Assembly: GCA_013265495.1 (NCBI GenBank)
Contig: MU058418.1
Span: forward strand, 1,264,917-1,326,916
Direction: 5' to 3'
DNA: 62,000 bases
From: Vicugna vicugna
Lineage: Eukaryota
The notes under the pieces are model-generated. The model was not told the DNA's origin, ran no database searches, and worked only from the letters and a program-made list of their open reading frames with translations. The stretch's first letter is position 1, and the number at the start of each line of letters is the position of its first letter. The position numbers were made by a program, and so were the translations under genes. Below, in pieces: positions 47,323-57,950 of this stretch.

Positions 47323-47943
47323 ATGGCAGAGGCGCCAGCCTCCCCGGCCCCGCTCTCTCCGCTGGAAGTGGAGCTGGACCCGGAGTTCGAGCCCCAGAGC
47401 CGGCCGCGCTCCTGTACGTGGCCCCTGCAGAGGCCAGAGCTCCAGGGGAGCCCGGCCAAGCCCTCGGGGGAGGTGGCCGCTGACTCCATGATCCCCGAGG
47501 AGGAGGACGATGAAGAGGACGAGGACGGCGGCAGTAGGGCCAGCTCGGCCATGGCCATCGGCGGCGGCGGCGGGGCCGGCCCCCTGGGCTCTGGGTTGTT
47601 TCTTGAGGACTCGGCTCGGCTGCTGGCTACCGGAGGGCAGGACGCCGGGTCCGGGCCAGCCCCTGTGACTGGCGCGCTGAGCGGGGGGACGCAGACGCCG
47701 CTGCAGCCTCAGCAGCCTCTGCCGCCGCCCCAGCCAGGGGCGGCTGGGGGCTCCGGGCAGCCGAGGAAATGCTCGTCGCGACGGAACGCCTGGGGGAACC
47801 TGTCCTACGCCGACCTGATCACTCGTGCTATCGAGAGCTCCCCGGACAAACGGCTCACTCTATCCCAGATCTACGAGTGGATGGTACGCTGCGTGCCCTA
47901 TTTCAAGGATAAGGGCGACAGCAACAGCTCTGCCGGCTGGAAG
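47323..47943 (+). CDS. FOXO3: Forkhead box protein O3, first coding exon (aa 1-207)
   Basis: AAGATGG Kozak context. Encodes [34 protein letters not shown] (Akt/14-3-3 site T32) and the forkhead N-half [55 protein letters not shown]. The donor AAG|GTGCGT lies at the conserved FoxO intron position. Located downstream of AFG1L as in human. Confidence 0.99.
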
Positions 47944-50739
47944 GTGCGTACTCACCTCGGGCAGGCGGCTGGACCCGCCAGGCCTCCTGCGCAGTGCGAG
48001 GCGCTCCTTCGATTCCTGGGAGCGCGCCTGCCGGCGCCGTGAGAGGGGTAGGCAGGGAGACTCTGGGCGTTCTGTGTGACCCCCGGAGGCGGGAAACCCG
48101 GGGGAGGCGGTGGAGGCGGTGGGAGGGGGAGAGGAGGCTCCTGGGGAAGCCTCGGGCAAGGCCAGGTGTGGAGATGGGGCCAGGGACGCCAACGAGGGAA
48201 GGACGGACGGACGGGAGTGCGTTTGCTGGATTCTCAGGTCAGCGCGGAGGAGGTAGGTCCACGGCCAACTTTGGAGTATTCACCGTAGTGGAGGTGCGGA
48301 GAGGCCCCTGCTGTTGGAGTGAGGGGATGTCGGGGAATGTTTGGGAGTTGGTGCCTGGACGAGGGGTTGGATTTGTGGTCTCTTGCCGGTCTCAGGAGCA
48401 TGGTGCGTTGTGATTAGCTGGATGAGAATCCTTCTGTTCAAGTTTCGGGTTTTTGGGTGTTAACTCCCACAGGCACATCGATACCATTACAGAAAGCGGT
48501 GGTTGTAAACCTTTTCCTGGCCGACTCTCTTTCCTTGCCTGTGTTGACAACTTAATTTCTCAGAGATGTCTCAACGGTAAACCTGCCTCCGAGTAGCCTC
48601 AGAGATGATCTGGGGCCTGGAACCGGCCAGCCCTGCCACCTCAGCGGGGACTGGCTGCCCCTGCTGCTCCCAGTGAGGCGTGAACTCAGGCGCTGTTTGA
48701 GACAGGGATTCCTGGTGTGGATGACGGGGTCCTGGCGGTTCACCTAGGCCTTGGGGGTGGGGTGGGGAGAGGGGGGTTTGCTGGCAGGGCTGGACCGTAA
48801 TGGCTTCTACCTGTAAGTGAACCAAAGAAAGGCCCTCTACCGCTCCTTTTCAGCCTCTTGGGGCACTGGACACGTGGTAGGGAGAGGTGTGGAAAGGCCT
48901 ATGATGTAATGACTTCCTGCAGTTGGACATCCAAAGAGATTAACTCCTATGCCCCTGCTGGGCTGCTGATACCCAGCTGCTTTACTCTTGCCAGTTCCTC
49001 ATCCTCCTGGCCCCATCTCCCAGGCAAAAGAGTCCTCTGCAGTTGAGATATATATCGTCTATCAGTTGCTTCTATTGACAAGTTAGGTTTTTTACTGTTT
49101 TTTTCTTTGTTAATTAAAGAGGTAGTTGCTTCCTCCTGCTGTTCCTTCTTACATTGTCTTTGGGGAGCCCTGCATCTGCCTGGGTTCCAGTGGGTGTATA
49201 AAATAACAGTTTGACCTTACTGGAGAACTGAAGGACTGGAGAGGAGTCTGATTATGAAAAAGCTAAAGAATTTAGTGTATTGACGTATTTGCATTAAAAC
49301 TTTGCAAAGTGCTTTAAAAGTTTTTTCTTGATGGCTATATAAGAGAGGGCTGGTTTAGATACTTTAAAAGCAAAACGTGTGTTTTGATATTGTTCCACAA
49401 ATCTTTGTGTCTTTTTACAAATGTTGACATTATGAATCTTACATTTGATTTAATTTTATTGCTTTGCAAAGGTATGCCAGTTGTGTGATATGATGGCTAT
49501 TTACTCAAAGAATGGGAGTTCCATTTCAAAGCAGTGCTAATGTGATACCATTTAAAACTGAGTTTCTAAGTGGATAGCAAGGGTTCATCTCAGTGTACAG
49601 TGTCAGTGAGAGGTGAGTTTATGGGATCTAAGAAGATGGATTTGGAATATTTTTCAGATTTCCCACACTTGAAATTTAGTCCTGCATGTTTTGAATTTGG
49701 TGCAAAGAATCTCTTAGCTTAAAGTTATTTTTAATTTAAGTTTATTTAGAAAAGGTTTTCACCTTTCTTATGATTTTAAGATTACAAAAGGAATTTTAAC
49801 TCCACAAATAACATTTCTTATGTTGTGTTTATAGTTATAATACCAGTAAAATGGTATTTGTTTTTTGGTTTTTAGGTTTTTTTTAGATTCATGTGAGAAA
49901 ATGGTATTACCAAAAATAGCCATGAATTGAGACTGGATTAGTTATGTTTTCATGTAGCTTGCAGGATTTGCAATAGAGATTTCAGGCCTAGTCATAAACT
50001 CTGGTTTTATGTCCTAACCATTTTTGTGTCTCATGATTTCTTCTTTTCCTTCTCTGCTATCTCATCTATCTTTAACTAAAATCTTATGAATTATTGTAAA
50101 TTGAAACTGTCAAGCCTCAACATGTTTAATACAGAGCACACATTTTATGATTATTTTTATTTTGAAAATTTACACCAGTTCCATTTCTGAGTATCATGTG
50201 AAAAACTAGTGCTTAAAGACTATAGGGATATAATTTAAACAATTTTTGCATAATGACCTTTATCAAAAGATGCAGCCATGCAGGAACTTCCAAATCTTTG
50301 ATGGAGAAGGCCTTTTGAAACTGGGGCTGCTGGTTTCACATTCCAATTATGACTAATAGCCAAACTTTTTTGTGCTTGTGGTTTAGTGGGGGTGGAAGGA
50401 GAGGGAGAGGTCAGGAGCAAATTGTGACCCATTTCCATGCATCCAAGCTTCAGGAGTTGATTCCTATCATGATTAGTCATTTTGGAAACATGAATGTGCC
50501 TTTAAACCACACTACTTTCATCCTGAGTTATGCATTCAGGTTTTTTACTTCTAAAAATGTCTAGAATTCAGATTAATCTCTCCTTGTCAGGTGTGCACAT
50601 TCACAGAATATGTAGGGTCTAGGCCTTACTTCTTTTGTGGCTTTTTGGGCCATTGCATTGTGAGATCTTGTGACCAGAATTATCGCCCTAAAATCATAGA
50701 ACAAATTAGAAAAGAGGCCTAGGAGATCAGAATTGAGAC

Positions 50740-50905
50740 CAGTGGTTCAAAGCCCTGGGAGCTTTTAAAAAATGCAGATATCCAGAGAATCTGATTTAAT
50801 TGGGCTGGTGTGTAAGCATTGGTTGGTGGGGTTTTTTTTTGTTTTTTGTTTTATTTTGAAGTTTCTCAGCTGATTCTAATGTACAGCTAGGATGAGGTTT
50901 GCTGA
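50740..50905. mobile_element. MER5A-like hAT-Charlie MITE
   Basis: CAGTGGTTCAAA...GGGAGCTTTTAAAAAATGCAGAT...CTGATTTAATTGG...TGATTCTAATGTACAGC. Confidence 0.7.
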
Positions 50906-51029
50906 TCTAGTTCACCCCCTTTTTTAATAGGTCAAGAACCTGATTCTTCAAGGTAATGACTTTAAGACCACACAGCTATTTAGTATAAGAGATAATTAGT
51001 AGCCACTGTTCTAGAGATCTTTGTTCTTT

Positions 51030-51240
51030 TTTTTTTTTAACATTTTTTAATTGATTCATAATCATTTTACAGTGTTGTGTCAAATTCCAGTGTTCAGCAC
51101 AATTTTTCAGTCATTCATGGACATATACACACTCATTGTCACATTTTTTTCTCTGTGATTTATCATAACATTTTGTGTATATTTCCCTGTGCTATACAGT
51201 GTAATCTTGTTTATCTATTCTACAATTTTGAAACCCCAGA
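51030..51240 (-). mobile_element. Short (~210 bp) young L1 3'-end insertion with a perfect 17-bp TSD, in the FOXO3 intron
   Basis: AGAGATCTTTGTTCTTT at 51013-51029 and 51241-51257. Poly-T tail; the body matches the 3'UTR of the L1 at 20840-21040. Confidence 0.93.
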
Positions 51241-53109
51241 AGAGATCTTTGTTCTTTATCTCACTTTTTCTTTTTAAATTGATCTTTCTTTCAGGTTATT
51301 TATTGAGTAGAGTTACACAAGTAGATGTTACTTTCCTGAAAAGCATATTTGCCTCTCAGTCTAAAAACATCTTGGTTATTATTTCAGCATCAGAAGGATG
51401 GGCATATATTGACAGAGGCTGAGTGAGTGCACAATGTTTGTCAAGCTGTCCAATGCCTATTGGTTTGGGTACTTAGGAACTTTGAAGTGATGAAGGTGGC
51501 AAAAAAAGAGAGCATTTTAACAAAAGGAGGAAGCTCTTGGTTAACTTCAGTCTGTCAGATGCACACTGTGCCAGGGAGGAGGGTGATGGCTATCTCACAG
51601 GTCTCCTTTAGGTATTAAAGTAGAAATGAATAATCAGATGTGGTTAAGAGGGGAAAAGGTTACATTTCCTTTAATTCAGATTAAGTTTACTTGCACTGCA
51701 CCCAAATTGAACTGGTGAGTTCTCTCATTTCCTCCTGTCTCGGGCAGACCTCTGGAAGTCTAAGGTTTACCTGGCCAGGCCCATTTATCGGTAATTCTCC
51801 TACACATGCCCACACAGCTTCATTTCCCCTGGGTCAGGGCATGATCCTGTTAAGTAGCCATGAGCTTCTTTGGTGGCTCCTACAATTTCACAGACGAAAG
51901 GTACTACGACGACTTCTGCTGCAGAGGATGATTCTTCAAGAGATTGAGTCTTCCTTTCCCTGAGGGTGTGTCCTCTTACAGATTCTTCCCAAGGTGAAAA
52001 GATGCTGGTTCACGTCCTCACCATTCGCGTTCTTCAGATGACTGCCTCCGGTTCCTTTGCAATGTGCTATATTAAGAGAATGTTATTTTAACAGCAACTT
52101 TGATGTTTAAAAATATTTTTTAAAGTTTCAAAATGACAAAGTCATAGTAATTCCATATTGGCCTCTAATTTTGACCTCAGTCACCTTCTGGAATAACTCA
52201 TCAAAGGACCAGTTATGGTCATGCCGTGTATGGAGGAATCTGTCTTCTGCTTGGCCCATGTTGCCAGAGTGCTGTTTTGTAATTTCCTTTGGCAGTACTG
52301 TCTTCGTCAGTGATTCTCAGCTAACATACTTCCTCTTCCTATAGCAGCAGTACAGTAGGGGGACTGTTTTTCTTCTTTTTCAAAGCAGTGTCATCAACCT
52401 ATGAAGTGAAGAAATTGGCCCTTTTAGACTTTGATCTATGAGCCCCATGTAACAGAGAGACTCTTAAAAAGAAGTTAAGTCTTTGTTTTGATATGTTTAT
52501 CTCCTTCTTAGAAAATGAAATGAAACTATGCAGACTTATTTTTAGGAGTTTTTAGGAGGGTTCTATTTTAAGAGAGTGACACCATAGAAGAACATCATGT
52601 AGTTTAACTTTTTAATACTTGTGATTCTTACTTGAAACCTGTAAGATATTTTTATTTGCAAAATTAGTGAGGAGGCTTTATCCCACTAAAAAATCATTTA
52701 TGTGGCATGCAAAAAGTTTAGCAGATACCATTCATCCAAAGATCTTGACAGAAATGCAAAGGTAAGACTGTTTAGGCCTGTGCCTTCTGGTGAGGTACCC
52801 AGCTTACCGATTGCTGGTCAGATTCCACATTCCCGGGGCTGGTGAGAATATGGAATTTATTTTATCTTCACACCCATTCATCTTGTCTGTAGGGAACAGA
52901 CTTGATCCTATTTTTGACTCATTTTTCTCCTCACCTTTTCCTTTATCACGAATGGAGTGGCCCAGAGGGTCGCTTTGGTTTTAGAAGGAGCTGGGGATGA
53001 CATATATGTAGGTGGGTGAGTACCAGTGGATGATACAGCTGGTGTACAGTAAGTGAGCAGAAGACTAGAAAGAGAAAACCCTTTTTACCCATTTGCATCT
53101 CATGCCATT

Positions 53110-53260
53110 TTATTCATTCAACAAATGTTTATCAAAGGCATACAGTGTGTAGGGCAGTCTGCTGGGTGCAGGGATATAGCGGTAGCACAAGGCAGACAAG
53201 GTTCTAGTTCACAGGAGTTGATGTTCTCTTGGGGGAAGACAGAAAATAAACATGCAAATC
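53110..53260 (-). mobile_element. L2 LINE 3' end
   Basis: TTATTCATTCAACAAATGTTTATCAA...CTGGGTGCAGGGATATAGCGGT...CACAGGAGTTGATGTTCT. Confidence 0.7.
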
Positions 53261-53639
53261 TGTGCTCTGTGAACTTGTCATTGCTGTCCCTTCTCTCTGC
53301 CTTTTTTCCCACTTGTACTTCTGCTTTCCTTAGTGCTTCAGCTCTGTGGAGGTTACCAGAAAATGGCAAAGGTGGTGTTGAGCTCTGGCTGGGTCCTGGC
53401 CTTTAACTCCCTACAGGTCATTTGCAGCTTCCTTTGGAGATGCAAGACCACTGTCCCATGGCTCCTGTAGTTTGGGAGGAACTGGGGCCTTCCCAGGTCC
53501 ACCCGGATTAGAGTCCTCCTATGGCCGTGGACTAATCTGGGATCCGCAGTTCTGTCTCGTGGGGCCATAGTGTAGGACTGGCCGCCCTCAGAGTGGGTGT
53601 GGAACTTCGTACAAATTATCTGCATTGCCTTTTGCCTCA

Positions 53640-53800
53640 AATTCAGAACTAAAAGAAGTTTTAGAGATCATCTAACTACTTCATTTTACAAGTGAGGAAA
53701 CAGGCTGGGAGCATGTGAGTGACTAGCTCAGGGACCAGCAGCTAGCAGGGGTGGAGTTAGGATTGTGTCCGTGTGAGCCCAGGGCACTAGTGTTCTGTAA
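53640..53800 (-). mobile_element. MIR SINE
   Basis: TAGAGATCATCTAAC...CATTTTACAAGTGAGGAAACAGGCT...GTGACTAGCTCAGGG...CAGCTAG. Confidence 0.65.
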
Positions 53801-56139
53801 TGCCTGTTGCTAACCATTGTGGTTTCGCAGCTGTTCAAGTCAGTGCCTCCATCTCTGTAGACTCTCCTGCTCTCCCTCCCCCACCCTCTAGGCCGCTGCA
53901 TTGCTCTGTTTGCATTCTCCATCAGTGCCCTCAGCTCACCTTGCTAGAAAAGCCTACTTTCTTAACCCTGTCCTACCCTGCCCACCCGCGACTCCTGCCT
54001 GTTTTGTCATTTTTCTGTGACTCCTGTATATTCTCAAGTACAGTGTAAGAGCCTTGAAAGCAGGGAAGGTGTCTAGCTGAGAAAAGCATTTCTGATACTT
54101 GGAGCTGCTTCTGGGATCCTTATGTCCTCAGCTCATGAGCTTAGCCTTGTCCTGGGACTCTGACACTGAAAGGGGGTGATGTGATTCAGGAGTGAGGTGA
54201 TGTCCTGTGAAGAGTCTTTTGGATACTTGTAGCTACGAAGGTGGATATTGATATAATGTCGTGTTGCTACAAAATGATGCCATCTAAGGCATTTCTCGCA
54301 GTTTCTTCTTTCCTAGGGTAGAAGTCCTTGAAAACTTCTTCAGTGTTAGTCACTACCCATCACAGAAACTAAGAGAAGCCTAATCCACCAATGACCTTTC
54401 CTTAAGAAAAAGTTGAAATCCAATCTGCCCTCTGTGTGTGGACCCTGGTTTATGCAGCATCCATATGCCTGTTTAGAAAAGAGTCCCCCTGGCATTGTTC
54501 AGCCTAAAATTTATTCACTCGCTTCTTACAGGAACAGAGATCTTATGTAAAACTAAGCTATCTGTGATGTTCTGCATCTGGGGGATAAGTCCCAGATGTA
54601 CTTGAAGTTTTATATTTATGGCTTGGAAGATGGAAGTCACATACAAAGGAAGAAGAGATAGTGAGTCTGTGAGATGGAGCTTTCCAGGGCCAGGCTGCAG
54701 CTTTTCCGAAGTAGTTTTCTGAATAGGTGGTTAGGCTAGTGATTATCATAGAAGACCCCAGTTCTGATCACGTCACTACCCAGACAGACTCAGTATCTCT
54801 AACCATTTTATTCTTGAGCAGACAACTTCCATTTCTTGGTATTGCAATTTCCCCAACTGGAAAAAGACGTGCAACAGCACGCATCCGTAGAGTATTGTGA
54901 TGTATCAGTCCTTCCTGGTAAAACACGAATGTATGATTAGAGTATGTTTCAAGTTGGGTTTTTTTTTTCCCCACGAGTATTCATTTTCCACTTTTCACTT
55001 GAACCTTTTTTTGAGGTTTTAATCTGGAGACTTTTTCTCTGCAGTGCGTTGTTCACTACTATGGGATAACATTACCAAGTACACCAACTTCTCTGATGGG
55101 CTGTGGGAGTTTCAGTACTTGCTTCTGCAGTGTTGCCTGTGGTGAAAAAGCCAGGTTATCGTCTGGGGCTCACTGTGCCCAGGTGTCCAGATGCACCCCC
55201 GCCCTGCCGGGGAGAGGTGAGCACAGAGCAAGGAAAGCTTGTGGCACACTTATAGGGGCAAGGCCAAGGTAGGAAGTGACCCCTGCCCCAAACAAATAAA
55301 CGGGATGCATTAACTTTCCTCTGGAGTGAATCCTCAATAAATTCAACAGATGCCTTTGGCAGTTTTTAGTATGTGTTTTGTAATTTCTTATTTATTTCTT
55401 TGAAGGCTTTTGCGTGTGTATGTGTGGGAGAATCCACATCATATTTCCCCTTGTGTTTTAGATGTCTAGTGAAATTAATTACTTGGCTCCTGAATCTGTT
55501 GAGAATTTCCTTTAAATTTAGAGCCAGCAGAGGGAGTACACAAATCTTTAAACTGATCTCAAGTTTTTTTCCCCCTACATGGCTCAAATAATATCTTGGT
55601 TAAAAACAAAAAAGAACTCTAATACATAGTGTTTCCATGTAGCCTTATGTCATCATTAGAAAAGGATAATTTGGAAAGGGTAGGTGTTTAAAAACCTAAG
55701 GTAACTTTTTAAAGGAAACTTTGGTCTTCTAAGACCCATGGTCCACTTCCTTTCCCCAAATAGTTAAATGAAAGCATTTTTAACTGAAAAATGTCTCCTT
55801 GGCCTTCATCTTTTTGTGACTCCACTCTTGATAATATATGTGAATGTCGATCTCTACTTAATACCAGACTTCACAGTATGTCAGGTGTCTGGATCAGTGG
55901 ATTGTTCTGTGTTTTTGTGCTATTTTGATGGAGACTTTTGGTATTTTCCAAGACTTCATTTTCCTATGGGTGAGAGAAGGGCAAAAGCTACATTATTCCT
56001 AATTTGGAGCATCCACTGGAGATGACAACTTTGAAATTTTTATAATGTAAAATCCTGTAGTTCTGTGTAGCTGGAATTTATCATCTCCCTCCACTTTGCC
56101 CCATATTTTGGTGGTGGTGGCTTATTTCAATTTGGGAGC

Positions 56140-56570
56140 TGTATTGGGCTGAATAGTATCCCCTGCAAATTCACATCCACCTGGAACCTCAGAATGTAAC
56201 CTTATTTGGAAATAGGGTCTTCCCTGGGGGGTAAATTAAGATGAGGTCATATTGGATTCGTGTGGTCCCTAAATTTGGTGGCTGGTGTCCTTATAAGGAG
56301 AGGAGAGGACATGCTAGATGCAGATAAAACCGAAGAAAAGGGTATAGCAGTGCAGTTACAAGCCAGGGAGCACCAGATTGCCCAGGGCCTGGCAGAAGCT
56401 AGGCAGAGGCCAGGAAGGATCCTGCCCTGGAGCCTTCAGAGGGAGCATGGCCCTGCCAACACTTGGATTTTGGACTTGTGTCCGCCAGAACTGTGAGAGA
56501 ATCAGTTTTTGCTGTTTGAAGCCCCTAAGTCTGTGGTGATTTGTTTTGGTAGCCCTAGGAAACAAGCACA
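56140..56570 (+). mobile_element. Solo MaLR LTR (MLT1B/C-like)
   Basis: TG...CA ends; GAATGTAACCTTATTTGGAAATAGGGTCTT...GAGCCTTCAGAGGGAGCATGGCCCTGCCAACAC...CCAGAACTGTGAGAGAAT. The 5-bp flanks are GGAGC and GAAGC. Confidence 0.9.
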
Positions 56571-56634
56571 GAAGCACAGGGATGGAAGAGAGGGGCAGGC
56601 AGGGTTGCAGATAGAGGCGGAGAATGAAAAGGGT

Positions 56635-56920
56635 TTATTTGTTTTTATTGAGACATGTTGGACATACAACATTATTAGCATCAGGTGTACAACGTAATGA
56701 TTCGGTATTGACGTGTGTTGCGAAACGATCATCACCATAAGTCCAGTTCACATTTTTTTTTCTTGTAATGAGAACTTCTAGGGTTTACTCTCTTAGCAGC
56801 TTTCAATATGTATAATATTAACTATAATCAGCATGCTGTATTTTACATCCCTGGGACTTATTTATTTTATAACTGGAAGTTTGTACCTTTTGACTCCCTT
56901 TACCCACTTCACCCTTCCCA
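56635..56920 (-). mobile_element. L1 (L1MA9-like) 3' end fragment
   Basis: TTTATTGAGACATGTTGGACATACAAC...TTTACTCTCTTAGCAGCTTTCAA...TTATAACTGGAAGTTTGTACCTTTTGAC. Confidence 0.8.
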
Positions 56921-57749
56921 GCAAAAAGGTTTTGCTTAGATTAAAATTAAAATGTTAATCATTCATAGGCTACTTACTAGTAATTTAAATTTCTTCTCTC
57001 TTCATCCTGCTGTGAGGTGCAGGAGGGAGGCATGAGTTCCCCAGTGAGAACTACTAGAACCTGCCCCTCCCTTCCACTTCTAATAGCCTGTGTCATGGAC
57101 TCCCTCCCTAACCCTCCTTCTCTCCTTATTGAATTTCTTCTTAGTCCATTTCGTGAAGCTGGTGAAATGGCTTTGCTTGTGGAGTGTGGACTAAGGCCAT
57201 GAGACCTGGCTGAGAGCTTTGGTCTAGAACAGTCAGTCTTTGTGGGGAGGGAGCATCCTGGGTCCTCAGTGGACAGATAGAGTTGGGGAAGCATTCTTCC
57301 CCGTCCCAGTCAGGCTTGGGAAGATGGAGCTCCATCAGGGTGCCTCCCATCATGGTGGTAGTAAGGCCAGTTCATAATCTCCCAGAGTCCCCTGGGCTCC
57401 TCCTGTGCTTGATTCAAAGTCTTTCAAAGTCTCACAAACTTAAGGCTTCAGGCTTACGTCCCTTCTGTAGACATTTATGTCCAAAAAACCCAACATCCTG
57501 ATGAAGCATAGAACATAGTCCTCATAGAAGTAGCAGCAGGTATTTTCTAGGTACATAGTAGGCCTTTGGGTGAATTACTCAGAAGTATTTAAGAATCAGA
57601 ATTGCATCTTTTCTCGTTATTTCCAAATGATATTTTTGGGAAGGGGAGCCAGGGTTAAATATCAGTTGGAAATACTGTTTTTTACAGTAAAAAGAGGAGT
57701 GGACACAAGATTTTCTGAAGCCCAGTTATAATAATAATGATAATAAGAG

Positions 57750-57950
57750 TGACTATGATTTATTGAACACTTACTCTGTGCCAGTTACTCAGCTAAGTAT
57801 TTTGCATGTAATGATACTCCTAGGCATTTAAATATAAATCCCAATTTAAAGACAAGGAACTGTTTCAGAGAAATTTAAGTAAATTGCTTAAGATTGAAAC
57901 CCAGGTTTCTTTGGCTGTAGAACTTTTGCCTTTTCTACTGCTCTACTGCC
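57750..57950 (-). mobile_element. MIR SINE
   Basis: TTTATTGAACACTTACTCTGTGCCAG...GACAAGGAACTG...TTAAGTAAATTGCTTAAG. Confidence 0.6.

Larger units (their letters stand above)
45620..48330. promoter_or_regulatory. FOXO3: Main FOXO3 CpG island (promoters and first exons)
   Basis: Continuous GC/CpG-rich sequence over the FOXO3 start. Contains GC boxes, TATAA at 45924, TTTAAA at 46888 and ATAAACA at 46814. Confidence 0.92.

Noticed and set aside
46443..47558. Long ORFs on both strands in the CpG island (247 aa, 202 aa, 146 aa, 124 aa)
   Set aside because: Low-complexity Arg/Pro/Gly/Ala translations expected from stop-poor GC-rich DNA or the antisense shadow of FOXO3; no recognisable domain.
47944..48042. 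Read-through of the 276-aa ORF past AGWK ([10 protein letters not shown]...)
   Set aside because: Intronic. FoxO genes splice at AGWK|NS and a GT donor is present at 47944.
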